A model generated the notes under the pieces. That model did not search any database, was not told the origin of the DNA, and was given only the letters and a program-made list of their open reading frames with translations. From Pristiophorus japonicus (Eukaryota), in assembly GCF_044704955.1 (NCBI RefSeq), contig NC_091995.1, positions 99,882,001 to 99,946,000 of the forward strand: a stretch of DNA of 64,000 nt. The letters run 5' to 3'. Made by a program: the position numbers and the translations under genes. This document shows, piece by piece, positions 62,325-64,000 of the stretch (the stretch's first letter is position 1; each line of letters opens with the position of its first letter).

Positions 62325-64000
62325 ATGAGCACAATTGGATTTTTAGAGCGGTTTATGGAGGGAGAAGATTGGGCAGACTTTGTGAGCCGTTTGAACCAGT
62401 ACTTCGTGGCCAACAAAATGAAGGGGGCCGACGATGCAGATCAGCGCCGGGCCGTGTTCCTCACTGTGTGCGGTTCAAAGATCTACAGTCTGATAAAGAA
62501 TCTACTCATACCTAGTGATCCAACAGAGAAAACGTACGAGGAGCTGTGTACATTGGTTTGGGAGTACTTCAAGCCAGATGATGGCATCATCATCTTGAAA
62601 TACAGGTTTTATATACACATTCGATCGGAGGGCCAGAGTGCGGCGGAATTTGTTGCTGACCTGAGACGTCTAGAGGGACCGTGCAAGTTCGGGACGGTGT
62701 TGACAGATGTGCTGCGGGACTTCTTTGTTATCGGTATCAACCACGAGGTGATCCTGTGCAAACTTCTGGTGGTGGAGGAGTTGGATTTAAAAAGGGCCAT
62801 CCAGATCGCTCAATCATGTATGAAGATGGACAGGAGTTTAAAGCAAATATTGGTGAAGAACCAAATCTCAGCAAGTGCAGTAAATGCGATAGATTCGGCG
62901 TTTGGCAGAGCTGCACATGGCGGGGCCTATCCGGCTGCATTCGCGAATGATTCGGTTCGGTAGATGGCAGAGCCTATCCGGGTGCCGGACACGAAACCGG
63001 TGGCTGCCCAAAGTCCGCCAGCGGGAATGTATGCGACTTCTCTGTGTTGGTGTTGTGGGGGAAATCATCGGCACCAGCAATGCCGATTTAAGCAAGATAG
63101 TTGCAAAGGCTGTCTGAGAGTGGGGCATCTCCAGTGCAAGCAAGCTGCGAAACACCACGTGGAGGATGAGAGTCAGACTAGCGTGGATCCGGATACACAA
63201 TCCAAGATGCCAGAGGAGGACGTGTATAGACTGCACTCTTTCGTAACCAAGAGTAAACCAATTTTGATTAATGTGAAGTTTAACGGGATACCGGTATCGA
63301 TGGAACTGAACACACGGGCGAGTCTATCAATCATGAACGAGAGGGCATTTAATAAGCTGTGGGATATTAAGACTGCGAAGCCCAGGCTGAGCCCTGTTAA
63401 CGCCAAGCTGCGCAAGTACACCAAAGAACTGATAAAGGTGATTGGCAGTGCACAAATTAAGGTGTCGTATAAGGGTGCAGTTCACGAGTTACCTGGTGTG
63501 GATTGTTCCAGGCAATGGCCCAACGCTGCTGGGCAGGAGCTCGTTGCAGAAAATCAGATACGACTGGAACAACATAAAGGGGTTGTCCTCGGAGGAAGAT
63601 ACATGTGACCAAGTACTGAGCAAGTTCCCCTCGCTGTTCGAACCAGGTATTGGCAACTTAACAGGAGCCAAGGCAGATCCACATGGATTCAGATGCAAGA
63701 CCCGTCCATCATAAAGCTCGGGCAGTGCCGTATATGATGAGGGTGAAGGTCAAAATTGAACTGGACAGACTCCAACGTGAAGGGATCATTTCACTGGTCG
63801 AATTTAATGAATGGGCCAGCCCCATTGTTCCTGTGCTGAAAAGTGATGGCACAGTCAGAATCTGTGGAGACTACAAGGCTACAATCAACAGGGTTTCAAA
63901 ACAAGATCAGTACCCGTTACCGAAGGCTGATGACTTGTTTGTGACGCTCGCCGGAGGGATGTCGTTCACAAAACTGGACTTGACGTCGGCCTATATGACG
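62325..64000 (+). mobile_element. Degenerate Ty3/Gypsy gag-pol, running off the window
   Basis: Gag-like region with CCHC-like knuckles; decayed protease motif MELNTRAS (expected DTGA); RT start WASPIVPVLKSDGTVRICGDYK...FTKLDLTSAY; stop at 62961-63 and frameshifts. Confidence 0.92.

Overview
Vertebrate genomic DNA, most likely a cartilaginous fish (inferred from the CR1/L3 LINE tails and the satellite types). Over half of the window is tandem repeat or retroelement, and nearly all long ORFs in the supplied track are translations of repeats. Four protein-coding genes can be reconstructed from splice signals. (1) The first coding exon of a THAP7-like gene on the minus strand (6176-6255), which the ORF track misses. 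(2) ZBTB45 on the plus strand (603 aa, BTB plus 4 C2H2 fingers), head-to-head with the THAP gene across a CpG island. (3) A complete RPS11 (+, 5 exons, 158 aa, 5'TOP) hosting an intronic SNORD35/U35 snoRNA. (4) A complete DHDH (-, 7 exons, 334 aa) with a probable GC-AG intron. The window also holds more than ten CR1 fragments, some nested, a degenerate Gypsy LTR element at the right edge, about a dozen minisatellite arrays and N gaps. Most notable observations: the U35 guide has an 11-nt perfect complement in its own host mRNA (RPS11 exon 4); a 4.4-kb minisatellite appears to derive from the CR1 3' end; two related minisatellites sit in inverted orientation around the last ZBTB45 exon; and the THAP/ZBTB45 bidirectional promoter has duplicated CRE modules and overlapping uORFs. 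No CRISPR or prokaryotic-type system is present.
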